A stretch of DNA of 64,000 nucleotides from Lingula anatina. Its lineage: Eukaryota; Animalia; Brachiopoda. Numbering within the stretch: the first letter of the stretch is position 1; every line of letters begins with the position of its first letter. The position numbers and the translations under genes were made by a program. Shown here piece after piece: positions 12,220 to 22,937 of this stretch. The stretch is taken from assembly GCA_051362555.1 (NCBI GenBank), contig CM120643.1, forward strand, positions 12,498,644 to 12,562,643. The letters run 5' to 3'. The notes beneath the pieces were generated by a model. That model saw only the letters and a list, made by a program, of their open reading frames with translations, had not been told where the DNA came from and made no database searches.

Positions 12220-13376
12220 TCATTTGTATTTGCACAGAAAATTCATACGATTTTGAAGCACGTGCTCACACATTTCTCGACTGTCTGCAAACACCGCCAC
12301 ATACGTCGCAGTTATGTCACTGGTTACCTCACTAGCACTCAGAACCACCACCTCGGCGTCCGTGACGCGTTCTGCACGTGCTATGACGTCATTTACGGAT
12401 CCCTGCGCATAGCGCAAGCGGGTCATCACACCAACTGACCACCCACGGTCACTCATCTCTCTAGCCATCAGGCACAGCGGCATAGAGCAGGTCACTCGGG
12501 GGTTGATGTCCACGAGGTAGCCACGTGACCCGTCGTGCAAGACGTCACAGCCCGCGGGACCATAGTACCCGACACGATGGAGCGAGTTCGCCACTGCAAG
12601 GACGAACGGTTCCATAATGGCTCTCAGACCGGTGTTGTTCTTCATCCACATTGTTCCGATAGTTTTGTTCTCGCTATCTTGAATCAGTTCTACTGCCTCC
12701 CACCACGTGACAACGCCGGCTTTGTTGACGTAGAAATGGGCGCTGTATTCCGGCGATTTCAGGTCTGTCACCATTTCCGTGACGATGGTATCCGAGGATG
12801 GGTGAGACTGGAGAATTTTCTGCTGAGTTAGTTGTAAGTCATCACCAGTGGTCACCAGAAAGACCCCTGTTCCTCCCATTCCGTGGGTCAGCTTGATTAC
12901 GCAAGGGATGACCGGGTTTAACAAAACCTTTGGTTGAGTGGCATCGACTTCTGTTATGAACCGTTTGCTAAGAGCTCTATAGTGCAAGTCTGGATCCACA
13001 TGGTGTTGGTCGGCAGGTAACTGCTCAATGGGATACGGCGTCAGAAAGGTGGCGCTCTGTGTTATGTTGTCAAGGCGGACGAAACTGGGCCTGGCTTTGG
13101 TGCCCAGTCGCTTGACCCAGTGTTCAACGAGACCATCTGGCGGTTCCACCGAAGAGAAAACATTGAGGTCTCCACCGACGAGCGGCAAGATGCGGTGGGG
13201 GTTCACCACGCGTATGACCGCCATATTGTTGTTGTTTTTGCTCAGATTGCAGTGTGCCACGTACTTGGTGTTTGTGAAAAACGAAGCGCCGTTTCTTGGC
13301 ACCTCCGTGATAAACACAGCGTCACGTGGTGCGTCTTCTTTGAAGAGATCTGACAGTGTGAGAAGTTGGTTGGCAC
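12220..13376 (-). CDS. ATP-grasp domain protein, last coding exon (whole catalytic domain)
   Basis: ATP-grasp motifs VIKLTHGMGGTGVF, VTEMV, GYYGPAGCDVL, VDINPR. Acceptor tgtcaatag|GT phase 1; TGA at 12220-12222. Confidence 0.88.
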
Positions 13377-13629
13377 CTATTGACACACAAAAAAACATGA
13401 TTATTTTTATTTATTTTTAGGAATACGAGATATTAAAAAAATGTGTTTTAGTCAGTGAGTAAGCATATGAATTATGGATTCGACAACACGTGATCATGCA
13501 AGGCCTCACCACGAAGAAAAAGTGGAGACTGGAAACAATAAATGTTTAAATAATACTTAAATCAAGGGTGTTCTGCGAACGTCATCCCTTCGACTCGAGA
13601 TCAGGAGATGGATGCGAACCCTGACTTAC

Positions 13630-13989
13630 CCACATTTTCCATGAGCGAACCTCTTTTGTCCGAATCCGTTCTGGGTATTCCTCGAGTTGGTGTCGGTTTT
13701 TGTGTGCAAGTTAAATTGTGGTCCATTTTGTGGATCCATTTTGCGTTGAGGACGGATTCAGAGGAATAATGGGTGTCCTCAGAACTCTCTGGGGCCTCAG
13801 AAGGAGCCAAAGTAACAACGAACTGTCCTTTTGGCCGGAGCGTGCGTGGACATACGGAGTTGTTTGAAAGCGTTAGAAAAGGGGTACCAACTTCAAAGGA
13901 AGTTTCCACAGTGGGTCCTGCCAAAGGCTGCACTAATGGTGTAGACGCAGGTTTGGTCTTTCTGCTGGACGGGACGCTGCCTGTTTCAC
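13630..13989 (-). CDS. ATP-grasp domain protein, coding exon 2 (S/T/P-rich linker or propeptide)
   Basis: 360-bp open exon with atttcag acceptor and G|gtaagt donor, phase 1-1, in frame with both neighbours; ends ...DSDKRGSLMENVG. Confidence 0.75.
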
Positions 13990-14692
13990 CTGAAATGAAA
14001 AATAAAATGCAATAGAAGTTATAGTAAACAAGAACAACTAAGCAACAATTACACAAATAAACCACCAGTAAAAATTCAGCAATATAAACAACAACAAAAT
14101 AACATTATATTTTGCAAAAATTGTTTGATTGTGCTGATGTTGTTACAGATTATGCTTACCTGAACTTTTCTCAACTTACTTCATCAACAATGAACGAACA
14201 ATGAAAGAGCTAATGTAACCCATTTACCCCTCCCCCCCCCCCCCCCAAAAAAAAAAAAAAAAAACTTTTCGTAAATTCTTTGAATAATGTCAATTACGTA
14301 TCTTATACCCAGGTACATCAATACCCTCCTCCCCCCCCCCCCCCACCCCCACCCCCCACCCACGATATCATCGCTATAATTTGCTTTACTCGCCCTATAT
14401 AATACACTGTAGCCTCTGTGTGATATCGCTTTTCGCGATGCTTTCGAGTTACGGAGCCCAGAAGTCTCTAACTTTCTCCTATGTTGGTGTCAAGTTGAGT
14501 ACCACAGGAGGTATAAAAATTGGGACCCTCAGCCTACAACCCTGTACATTTGTAAAATTCCAGAAAGTTGTACTTTCTTCGAGCATTAGTAATTGTTTTA
14601 TATTAAAGAAGGAGTAACTCAGAAATTAAAATTGATCTGCTGATGACAACTGAATTCATTAAAATCTATACGCGAGATCATACAATACTTAC

Positions 14693-14738
14693 CATGCAGC
14701 AGTATGCTGATGCAAAGGGCAACTAGAGTGAAGTGCAT
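14693..14738 (-). CDS. ATP-grasp domain protein, coding exon 1 (signal peptide MHFTLVALCISILLHG)
   Basis: Exon 14693-14770 with tttcag acceptor, AAGATG start and G|gtaagt phase-1 donor. Hydrophobic 15-mer followed by G-E-T-G-S. Total spliced CDS is 1563 nt (520 aa). Confidence 0.7.
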
Positions 14739-15094
14739 CTTTGCTGTCTTATCTTACAGCAACGGCTCCCCTGAAACAGAATCATATGTTTTTTAACGTG
14801 TGGTACATTAGAATATTTTTTAAAGCGAACAAAGAATTATATGTGTGTCCAAACTGTTCGCGAGTATACTACGATACGCGTTTGATAAGGAAACCAATGT
14901 ACCGGTGATACGGTTATTCCAGCCTAAACTGCTTCCCTACGCCTAGTAAGGCCGAATTGTCAAGAAAATAAGACAAACAAGACAAAAACCATTCTACAAC
15001 AAAAACTTTCATAAATCTTTGTGGCACATAGGCCCAAAACTACTACACCAGACAAAGTATTTTAACACACATTGTAGTTTTTCAAGCTATACAG

Positions 15095-15095
<1 letters not shown>

Positions 15096-15128
<33 letters not shown>
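15096..15128. repeat. (CT)n microsatellite
   Basis: Dinucleotide run. Confidence 0.95.
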
Positions 15129-15131
<3 letters not shown>

Positions 15132-15199
15132 GACGACACTCACGAAGTTCTTTGGGGTAGTGCACCTTACTGGTCAACATAAACCATGTCCACACTCAC

Positions 15200-15355
15200 C
15201 AGTATGTCCTTTTTCCCTCTCAAAATCGTCTGGCGTCTTCGGCACATCAGTGAGTACGTGGTTTCTGACCAATGTTTGGACCACAATACTGACCACTGTT
15301 TACAGCATGACCGGCTCCAATGACAGACAGAGGTATAATTACCCAAATTATAGAG
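15200..15355 (-). promoter_or_regulatory. Candidate non-coding first exon and promoter of the ATP-grasp gene
   Basis: G|gtgagt donor at 15199 and TATAAT-like sequence near 15345-15352 on the minus strand. Confidence 0.35.
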
Positions 15356-16739
15356 TACTATCTAACCACAGGGCCCGCTAGTAGTCTGTTACAAAATTAT
15401 TACATGTGCTCATATCTTAATTTTGTATAGGCTTACTATTTTCGAGGACCCCGATTTCAGAGAGTATGCATAAAGTTGCGTGCCATAAGGTTAAAAGCTG
15501 GCACGCGTACGTTCTTAGGTTGTAATTAGTGCATCATATCATTACGATAGCAGAATGAACCGAGCTGTTGTATAACATGGATTTGAATATAAGATAACAC
15601 TGCTTTGTTGTTTCTCGATATCATCGGTATAATTTGCTTTAATTGCATGAAAATACAAGGTTGGAACGTTTACAAACAGAATATATTTCTCGTGACGGGA
15701 CAATATACGATGGTTAAAGGGCAAGTCCTTGGGATTTACTCACCAAAATGGGTCCTCACGAATCATCTATCGAGCCCTCTTGCACTAGGATTTGACTTTT
15801 AAAATTATGAGGTTGATTTATTCTAAAACGACTGGCCAGTCATTATAATTAGCAACCATCTTCCTAACCTCCTATGGAAGTATCAACATCAGGTACACTC
15901 CAGACAAAAAAAAAAACTCATTAAAGGGGTTAAATAGTTTTTAAGGTGTATGTAAGGTTTAATAAGACGCTGTGGATGGCAGAGGAAAGCATTTGGGGGA
16001 TTTGCCAACCCATGTAGTGTATATTAAATAAATTTAAGATTTGACAAAGGGACAGATTTGAGCGCAAGGAAACTTGACGATTAATTCAGGGAGAACAGAA
16101 GTCTTTTTAGAACGAAAAATTAATGACATTGTAATAATTATTATGTTATGTTCTCTTTGTGCTACAAGAAAAAAACACCGTCAAACCCAGAAGATCGACG
16201 AGTCGAAACTTTCAACCAACGTTTTGCAAATTAAAACCGTGAGACCAGCTGGAGTCAATCTTTCATCATTCAACTTGTTTTATTAATTTATTCTTTTCAA
16301 TGTCAAGCACAACAGAGATTCAGAGCACGTCTGCAGCCTTTCTTATTCACCCTGGTACTTCCAAGTATTTCTTGTTTAATTACAAAATTCGCATAAGGCC
16401 AGTATTTTTCAGCAGTCTTTCCTTTCACAAATCTACTCTAATGATCTCTACAACTTGTAAATCTTTGGATAGCCATCTAATTGCTCTTATCTCTTGCAAG
16501 CTTCCAGCACTCAAGACTCTCCATAGCCAAGTGCATGTGTATATGCTTTATGGAAAAGATGCGAGGAATGAATGGACAAATAAAGCAAATGTTATATAAT
16601 TCAAATCCTAAATAATAAGCTGAATATTGTCATCAATGCAGACAAGCTGGTGACGGTCTTTCTATGGCCATTTTCAATCCAAGCGGCATATTTACTGGTC
16701 TAGTTCGATGTGAAAAGAACACCTACGTCATTACTGGAT

Positions 16740-16753
16740 GTTGCCATGGCAAC
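16740..16753. promoter_or_regulatory. RFX X-box (perfect palindrome GTTGCCATGGCAAC)
   Basis: Exact match to the RFX consensus; CRE-like TACGTCA about 10 bp away. Confidence 0.5.
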
Positions 16754-17575
16754 ACTATACCACTGTTATTCATAATTCCATATTCCCAATGTTGGATAAT
16801 AAAATCCTAAAATCTCGCTTAGAGTTCCACTGATGAGACTTCATATTCCACTGCTCAATGAACAATTACAGCAGAAGTTGTTATGTAGCCACAGGGGTCT
16901 GGTAACGCCACTGGGTTGGGCCCTAGCATTTTAACAATTCCTCCCCATATGAACGTGTAACATGACGGCAATATTTACATGGAATTCTAACACTAATACT
17001 GCAGTGGCACATAACATATACAATATAATATACTGCTTTTATACACACATTTATAATGTCTAATTTTTCTATCATCTGTACAAAGTATATGGTTGCATTA
17101 TCCTCAATCTATTTCTGGAAGGTTCCACTGTCTTTTATAATATTTTACATCAAACTAATGTTTTATCTTTTCCCCACTGTCAGTGAATGGGGGCACTGTT
17201 TGTATCATTTGTACCTATTTGAATTTGTTGATGTTGTTTCTAGGTGAAAATATTTTCTGTGAAATGAAAGTTTCAGGTCTGTCTTGATGAAAATGTCACA
17301 ATCCTGCCTTCAGGCTACAGTGAAAGAAATTCAAAATCTGAACAATTTCTTTCACTGAGTTTCAGCAATTTAAATTTGTCTTTTTCAACAATAAAATGAT
17401 AACTTTCACATTCAGACGACTGTCATATCATCATGAAAGCTTGATTCCCACATCCTTCTTTCAATATTTTCAATATTTTTGTATTAATATTCTATCAATA
17501 TAAACTGTCTCTTTCACAGTTTTAAATTCTTTTTCTTAATAATGTCAATGTTCACTTGGGAGAGGCAATGGGTAG

Positions 17576-17792
17576 CTATTGCTGTGGATTGTCTTGGTTT
17601 CCGCCCTCTATGTCAAATCCAAAACACGTCTCAATGTCCTTCTTCTTCTGTTCTTCACGTTTCTTTTCATCCTCACCTGGGTTGTCCCCCTTGCCCCGCC
17701 CTCTCCTGGGTGTCCCCTGGGGACCGGCTTGTCTCTTGGCAGGTGTCCCCCCATCCTCAGGTGTTCCCGAGGCAGTCCTCTTCCTGGCACTC
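17576..17792 (-). CDS. CTCF: CTCF coding exon 7 (C-terminus ...KKDIETCFGFDIEGGNQDNPQQ*)
   Basis: tttccag acceptor, phase 2, TAG at 17576-17578. CFGFD resembles the protostome CTCF C-terminal motif. Confidence 0.8.
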
Positions 17793-18244
17793 CTGGAAAT
17801 ACGTGTGTAAACATACTACAGTGTACTATAGCTGACCTGGTTATTTTATCCCCCATTTTCCAGTCTGCAAGAGATTGTCCTTTACCCAAACAATTCATCA
17901 CAGATATATATCTTTTGACTGCTGATTTGAACTTTATTCATGTTCTGTCTAAGAATATGAGAGGAAAAGAATTAATCTTTAATCTTTGCTATTGATTTCA
18001 TTTAATTTATCATAAAAATTTATTCAGTCTTTTTCAGTTTCTGAAAGATGTCATGATTACAAGAGTATACTTTATCCTACTTTTAAAATATTTCTTCAGA
18101 CTTAAAGTGTTTTCTGCACAGATGTTTGATGGAACTTTGTTCATATTTCACATCACGTTCTAAGAACAGGTGAATATCCCCCCCCCCCTTTTAAAAAATG
18201 CCATTAGAATCAATGGGACGATTTCTCCTGACAGCCTGTCCTAC

Positions 18245-18363
18245 CTGGTCTGTCTGGTGGGTGTGTCCACTTCAGGTGACACTTCCTCTGAGATCTCTCC
18301 CTCCCCATCAGTGCCCCGCCTACTGCTGCTCCTACGTGTACTGCGTCTAGTAGGGGTCACAGT
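18245..18363 (-). CDS. CTCF: CTCF coding exon 6
   Basis: ttgcag acceptor, AG|gtagga donor, phase 0-2, open frame TVTPTRRSTRRSSSRR... Confidence 0.75.
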
Positions 18364-18720
18364 CTGCAACAAAATAAAGAAATAGATGAAATAAATAAAT
18401 AATAATACCATTCAATTCCGAGAGCAGATTTTTTTTTTTGCATACAAATGAAATATACATATCCTTAACGATTCAAAGTGCGCTTTTGCTTTTAAGAACA
18501 GCAAACAAAACAAAAACAACACCTACAGTACCAGCAAATATTATTCAGAAAACTGTCATCATCTTAACATTTAAATCTTAAGTGCAAAGAATTTTTTAAA
18601 AAGTGCTTTCCCACAAATGCCTCTGAAGATAAAAAGAAAAATAGATTTCTCATTAAAAAAATAAAAAAGAAAAACAAGTGGCACTATCTTTAAGATTTTT
18701 TTGTTCACTTTCTCCCTCAC

Positions 18721-18912
18721 CAGATCTCCATCTTTCTGTGGTGAGGTCACAGGAGTGGCAGCGTCTAAAGCCTGGGGTTCCCCTTCCTCCTCCTCTGTCT
18801 CTGTCTCCTCCAGGCTGTGCTGGTTCAGGCCAACGTCTGCCAGTCGCAGCTGTTGGACTTGCTCTGGTTGCATCTGGATCACATGACCAGAGTCGATCTG
18901 CAGCAGGATGAC
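18721..18912 (-). CDS. CTCF: CTCF coding exon 5
   Basis: ctccag acceptor, CTG|gtgagg donor, 192 bp, phase 0-0, VILLQIDSG...EETETEEEEGE... Confidence 0.8.
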
Positions 18913-19234
18913 CTGGAGGGTGAGACGGGATTAACAATTGTATTGACTTTCATGATTGGTGAAAAGAAAGTATACGTACAGCAACTGGAATGAAGTGTGT
19001 AAATATTCAAGTTTTTGATCAATGTACTTTTTTCATTTCTTTATTTCATTCATTTACTTATTTATTCACATTTGATGTAATGTGTCCATAATTTTCCAAA
19101 CACCCAATCTTAAGTGGCCTCAACTAACATAAAGAACTGTAAATATCACTTAAAATCCATCTAACCCCTGCCTCCAAGGCGTTAATATTCAGAAACACTT
19201 AACAAAGATATGTTTTGAAATAGTAATTATCCAA

Positions 19235-19601
19235 AGAGATCATCCATTTTATCACTTTCTCAAGTCCATAGAGGAGTCTTTTTTCCAGACCCGCCTCTCC
19301 CTCAGAGGTGAGAAGCTAATAAAGATGACCTTTGCCAGCAAACCCCTGGGGCTGGAGTTCATCATTTTTATTATTTTTCCAAAGCATACAGAGGGCATTA
19401 ACCCCACCCCAAAGTATAGTTAGTCATCATCATCATCGTCATCATTCAGAGCCAAAAGTGTTTCACTATTGGACAGAGGCCTCAGCATGCTTCTTCCCGT
19501 GCATTCTGTTTTGCACTTCCAGTTTGGTTTTTTCCAGTACTCTTCTAATTCATTTATGGTTAGTAGATTTGTGAAAATGATGAAAAAATTAAATGACCCC
19601 T
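19235..19601. mobile_element. MITE-like element, family B copy 2 (CTCF intron)
   Basis: Shares TTTTTCCAGACCC, GATGA.CTTTGCCAGCA...AGTTCAT and the terminal AGATTTGTGA.AATGATGA.AAAA with 8598-8845. Confidence 0.65.
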
Positions 19602-19748
19602 TAGAACTCTTCTAAATATCACTTATCATCCATCTTACCCTTTCCTTAAATGCATACATTTTCATAAACAATAACAAAAACATTTTTTTAAAGTAATTAT
19701 ATGAAACAATGCAGATCTTGTGTTCCTCGGAACCTTGATAACACTGAC

Positions 19749-19903
19749 CTGTTGGCCTCCCTGGCCGTCAGAGTCCTGCAGCTCCATCTGGAGGTCAGAG
19801 TGTTTCCTGGGGCGCCCTCTTTTGTTTGGGTGGCGACCAAACTGATGGGATGTCTGCTGGAAGTCTAACTGTTGCTGGGGAAGGGCAGAATCGTCCTCAT
19901 CGT
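19749..19903 (-). CDS. CTCF: CTCF coding exon 4 (AT-hook KRGRPRK)
   Basis: ttttcag acceptor, CAG|gtcagt donor, phase 1-0; AT-hook at 19803-19823. Confidence 0.85.
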
Positions 19904-20195
19904 CTGAAAATTCAACATGTAAACAATTTTATTTATTGAATCTCCACTGACGAAACTCGCATGTTTAACCATGCCAAATGTGTGCAGAAATGTATTTTCT
20001 CCCCTTCGATTATATTGAATGGAATTGAAAGGGATAATACCTCCAAAACACAACTGATGAAATTCTCAAAAGAACTTGTCTAACATTTATCCCTTAAATA
20101 CCAAATAAATAAGTAAATAAATAAAGACCAGACATAAATAACAAAGTCAAAAATTTCAGAAAGGACAGACCAAAACAGCTTGGATTTCTGTTTAC

Positions 20196-20384
20196 CTGTA
20201 TGTATGGCTCCTGACTGCACCCCCTCATGGTAGGCCTCAACCACGGCCTGGACTATCTGCTGGGTATCCACAGAGATATCTTCCTCCTCCTCATCGTCAT
20301 CTGGGTTGGCGTCAGCATCAGCAGCGGCCTGCTGGTAGTCAGGGTTGTTGGGGTCATGTTGGACCATGTGTCGCATTAGGTTAC
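20196..20384 (-). CDS. CTCF: CTCF coding exon 3 (end of ZF11 and acidic region)
   Basis: gtccag acceptor, G|gtaaac donor, phase 1-1; GNLMRHMVQHD completes ZF11. Confidence 0.9.
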
Positions 20385-20663
20385 CTGGACAAAACAGCAG
20401 TGGGGCTCATTCCAATGAAAATATGATTCTACATAGATTGCTCCAACTCCTTGGTTGTCAAAAACAGTCAGACCACGTACATGACATATTGAAATACACA
20501 ATACTAAATGCATTATTCCCAGATTAGCACAAAATCCATACTAGTATATATACCCAAGTTCGTCAAAATGATTTTTGTGGGTAAAGGTTATTTAAAACTA
20601 CAACAGAGAACAGGCTATTTAGTTGGATGCTCCCAACCTGTCAATCTAAAAAATCGTGCCTAC

Positions 20664-20825
20664 CTTTGTGAGCAAAAGCCTTGGGGCATTCAGGACAATC
20701 ATGTATAAGATCTTTCTTCGGCGGCGGCTGGTAGCCAGGAGTGTGGTAGAGGTTTTTGTGGCGACGCAACAGCTGCTTCTGGCGGAATGACTGGTCACAT
20801 TCATCGCACTCGAATGGTTTCTCAC
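20664..20825 (-). CDS. CTCF: CTCF coding exon 2 (ZF10 and start of ZF11)
   Basis: [28 protein letters not shown]...[12 protein letters not shown]; ctacag acceptor, G|gtaggc donor, phase 1-1. Confidence 0.95.
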
Positions 20826-21226
20826 CTGTAGCATTACAAGAGACTAAGTACCAACAATGTATATTTGGTTTGAAGGGTCGTTCATAAAATGTCAAATATT
20901 ATGTAAACCCAATGCTGTCTTTTACATTTTGTACAGAAGTTTTAATTTTTAGATGCCTGGCAATCAAGTTGGGTGTTTTTCAGATAAAATTCTCATCTCT
21001 CCTTTGAAAATCACCTGTGCACTACCCTAAAGGCACATTTTGACATCATAAATATCTTGAAAAGACACATGGTGCTTGCTTCTGACATCTGTACAAAGTG
21101 AAACAGTGAACTAAAAGTTCATTTCATAACGGAGAATATGCTTATATGAAATATTGGAATTGAAGCCTGGTTATATAAATGTAAACTGCAGAAGGAAAGA
21201 GTGGCTGCTTTTCAACAGAACACATA

Positions 21227-21779
21227 TACCCCGTTCACACTACGCTCAGTTATCCGGATAAGTTGCGAATTAGGTCACAATTCGAATAAATGCAGTAGTG
21301 TGAACGCAAGAGGATTTTGAAAATGCGCATTTTCAAAATCCTGCAAGCGAGGTGGATTTCTAAGCGCGATCCGGATAACTTACCGGAATCGACACCTGTA
21401 CAGATCTTACTGCGCATGTGTGCAGATAAGTGCGGATATCTATGAACGCTGGTTTATTACTTTAGCGATTGCACCAAACGTATTTGGCGGTCACCACTCA
21501 CTACAACATGAGGAAACAAACTTATTTTGCCACCTTATACTTCTCAAGAATGCTGGAATGTCTTTTGAGTTGCATTTGTCGTCACAAATTTTTGTTGATA
21601 TTTTAAGATTTCCTGTGCGGCGCATGCGCGAGTGTTCAAAACAGGAAGTTTTACCTGAAATTTTCAACGTGGGATTCGGATTCGCTTAGCGAGTGTGAAC
21701 CCAATACCGAATCGGATTCCTTACGAAAAATCCGAATTATAGAAATGCGCATTTTGGCAACTGTAGTGTGAACGGGGTA
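21227..21779. mobile_element. Non-autonomous DNA transposon (PIF/Harbinger-like MITE) in a CTCF intron
   Basis: Perfect 17-bp TIRs TACCCCGTTCACACTAC / GTAGTGTGAACGGGGTA, flanked by ATA on both sides (or a TA TSD if the ends lie 2 bp further in). CpG-rich body; no ORF of note. Confidence 0.85.
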
Positions 21780-22937
21780 ATAGAAAAACGTAGTATCAGA
21801 CTTCAAACAAAAAATATACAATAAAAATGGTTAGGTATTATACATCATTTCTTTCTACTTACATGATAAGTTGCTACAAGATAGGATTTCATATGAAATG
21901 CCTAGTCAAACAATTTAGAAAAAAAAATGATTTTGCAAAATTACTGAGGCTGCTTTTTTTTCAAAGAAAAAAAAAACACTGGGTACCTGAAAGCACTTTT
22001 CTAAATCTCAAATTATAAATGTACTGTGTGGATTTTAAAGAGGACATCAGGCCAAACTTATGCTCCTTTGACCCTGCTTGGTAATGACAATGTGGCCAAA
22101 AATTAGGGAGTGGTCATGTGGACTACACACCAACTGACCATCTGTTTACTCGTACCAGTCTATGTAGTGAAATTATTATTACCTGTACATAAATGTGAAT
22201 CATTAATAAGATAAGAAACCCACAAATATGTGAATTTTTAAACACAGATGGAGCTGCACTACCTTTTAACCTGGGCAAGCTCAAAAAGTGCTGCAATTCA
22301 CTGACCAGAGATAAAATACTGTAGTACAAGGCACACTTGGAGATTTTTTACTAAGTCCTTGCAAAGGTTTCAGTATCATGATATTGCACAAAATGGCCCT
22401 ATTTCAAGTGCAGGCACAATATGATACACCTTATTTCATGCCATTTTTTGTTCAAGATTGCTAAAAGCTCATTGCTACTGGGTGGTATGAAAACTTGTGC
22501 TAAAATTTGGTAACAGAAATGGTGTAAACCATGGTAGTTTTACAAATCTTTTAAACATTCTTAATGCAATTGAAAAAAGAACTAATCATTGCATTACTAA
22601 GAACCATTTGGGAGAAGGAAATTTACAGTTCCAATTATGTAATGATTCAGATTAGATGATATTTATCTCAAGTTTCAGCTTACACCACATAAAATTTGGG
22701 ATAAAAGATCATTTGAGCTATAAGGTGATGAGTTTTGCAAAGTCCACTGTGTATCAAAAACTTCAACTGAGCCTTCATAAAAAATAAGAAGGTCCCAGGA
22801 ATGTTCCAAATATGAACCAATTATGTACCCCCTACATGTGTATCATGTGTGTACCATGTACGTTCAAAGCATATATATGCAAGTGCCATGTATGTACCAA
22901 GTATGCATGATGTTTGTACCATGTGCGTATCCCTTAC

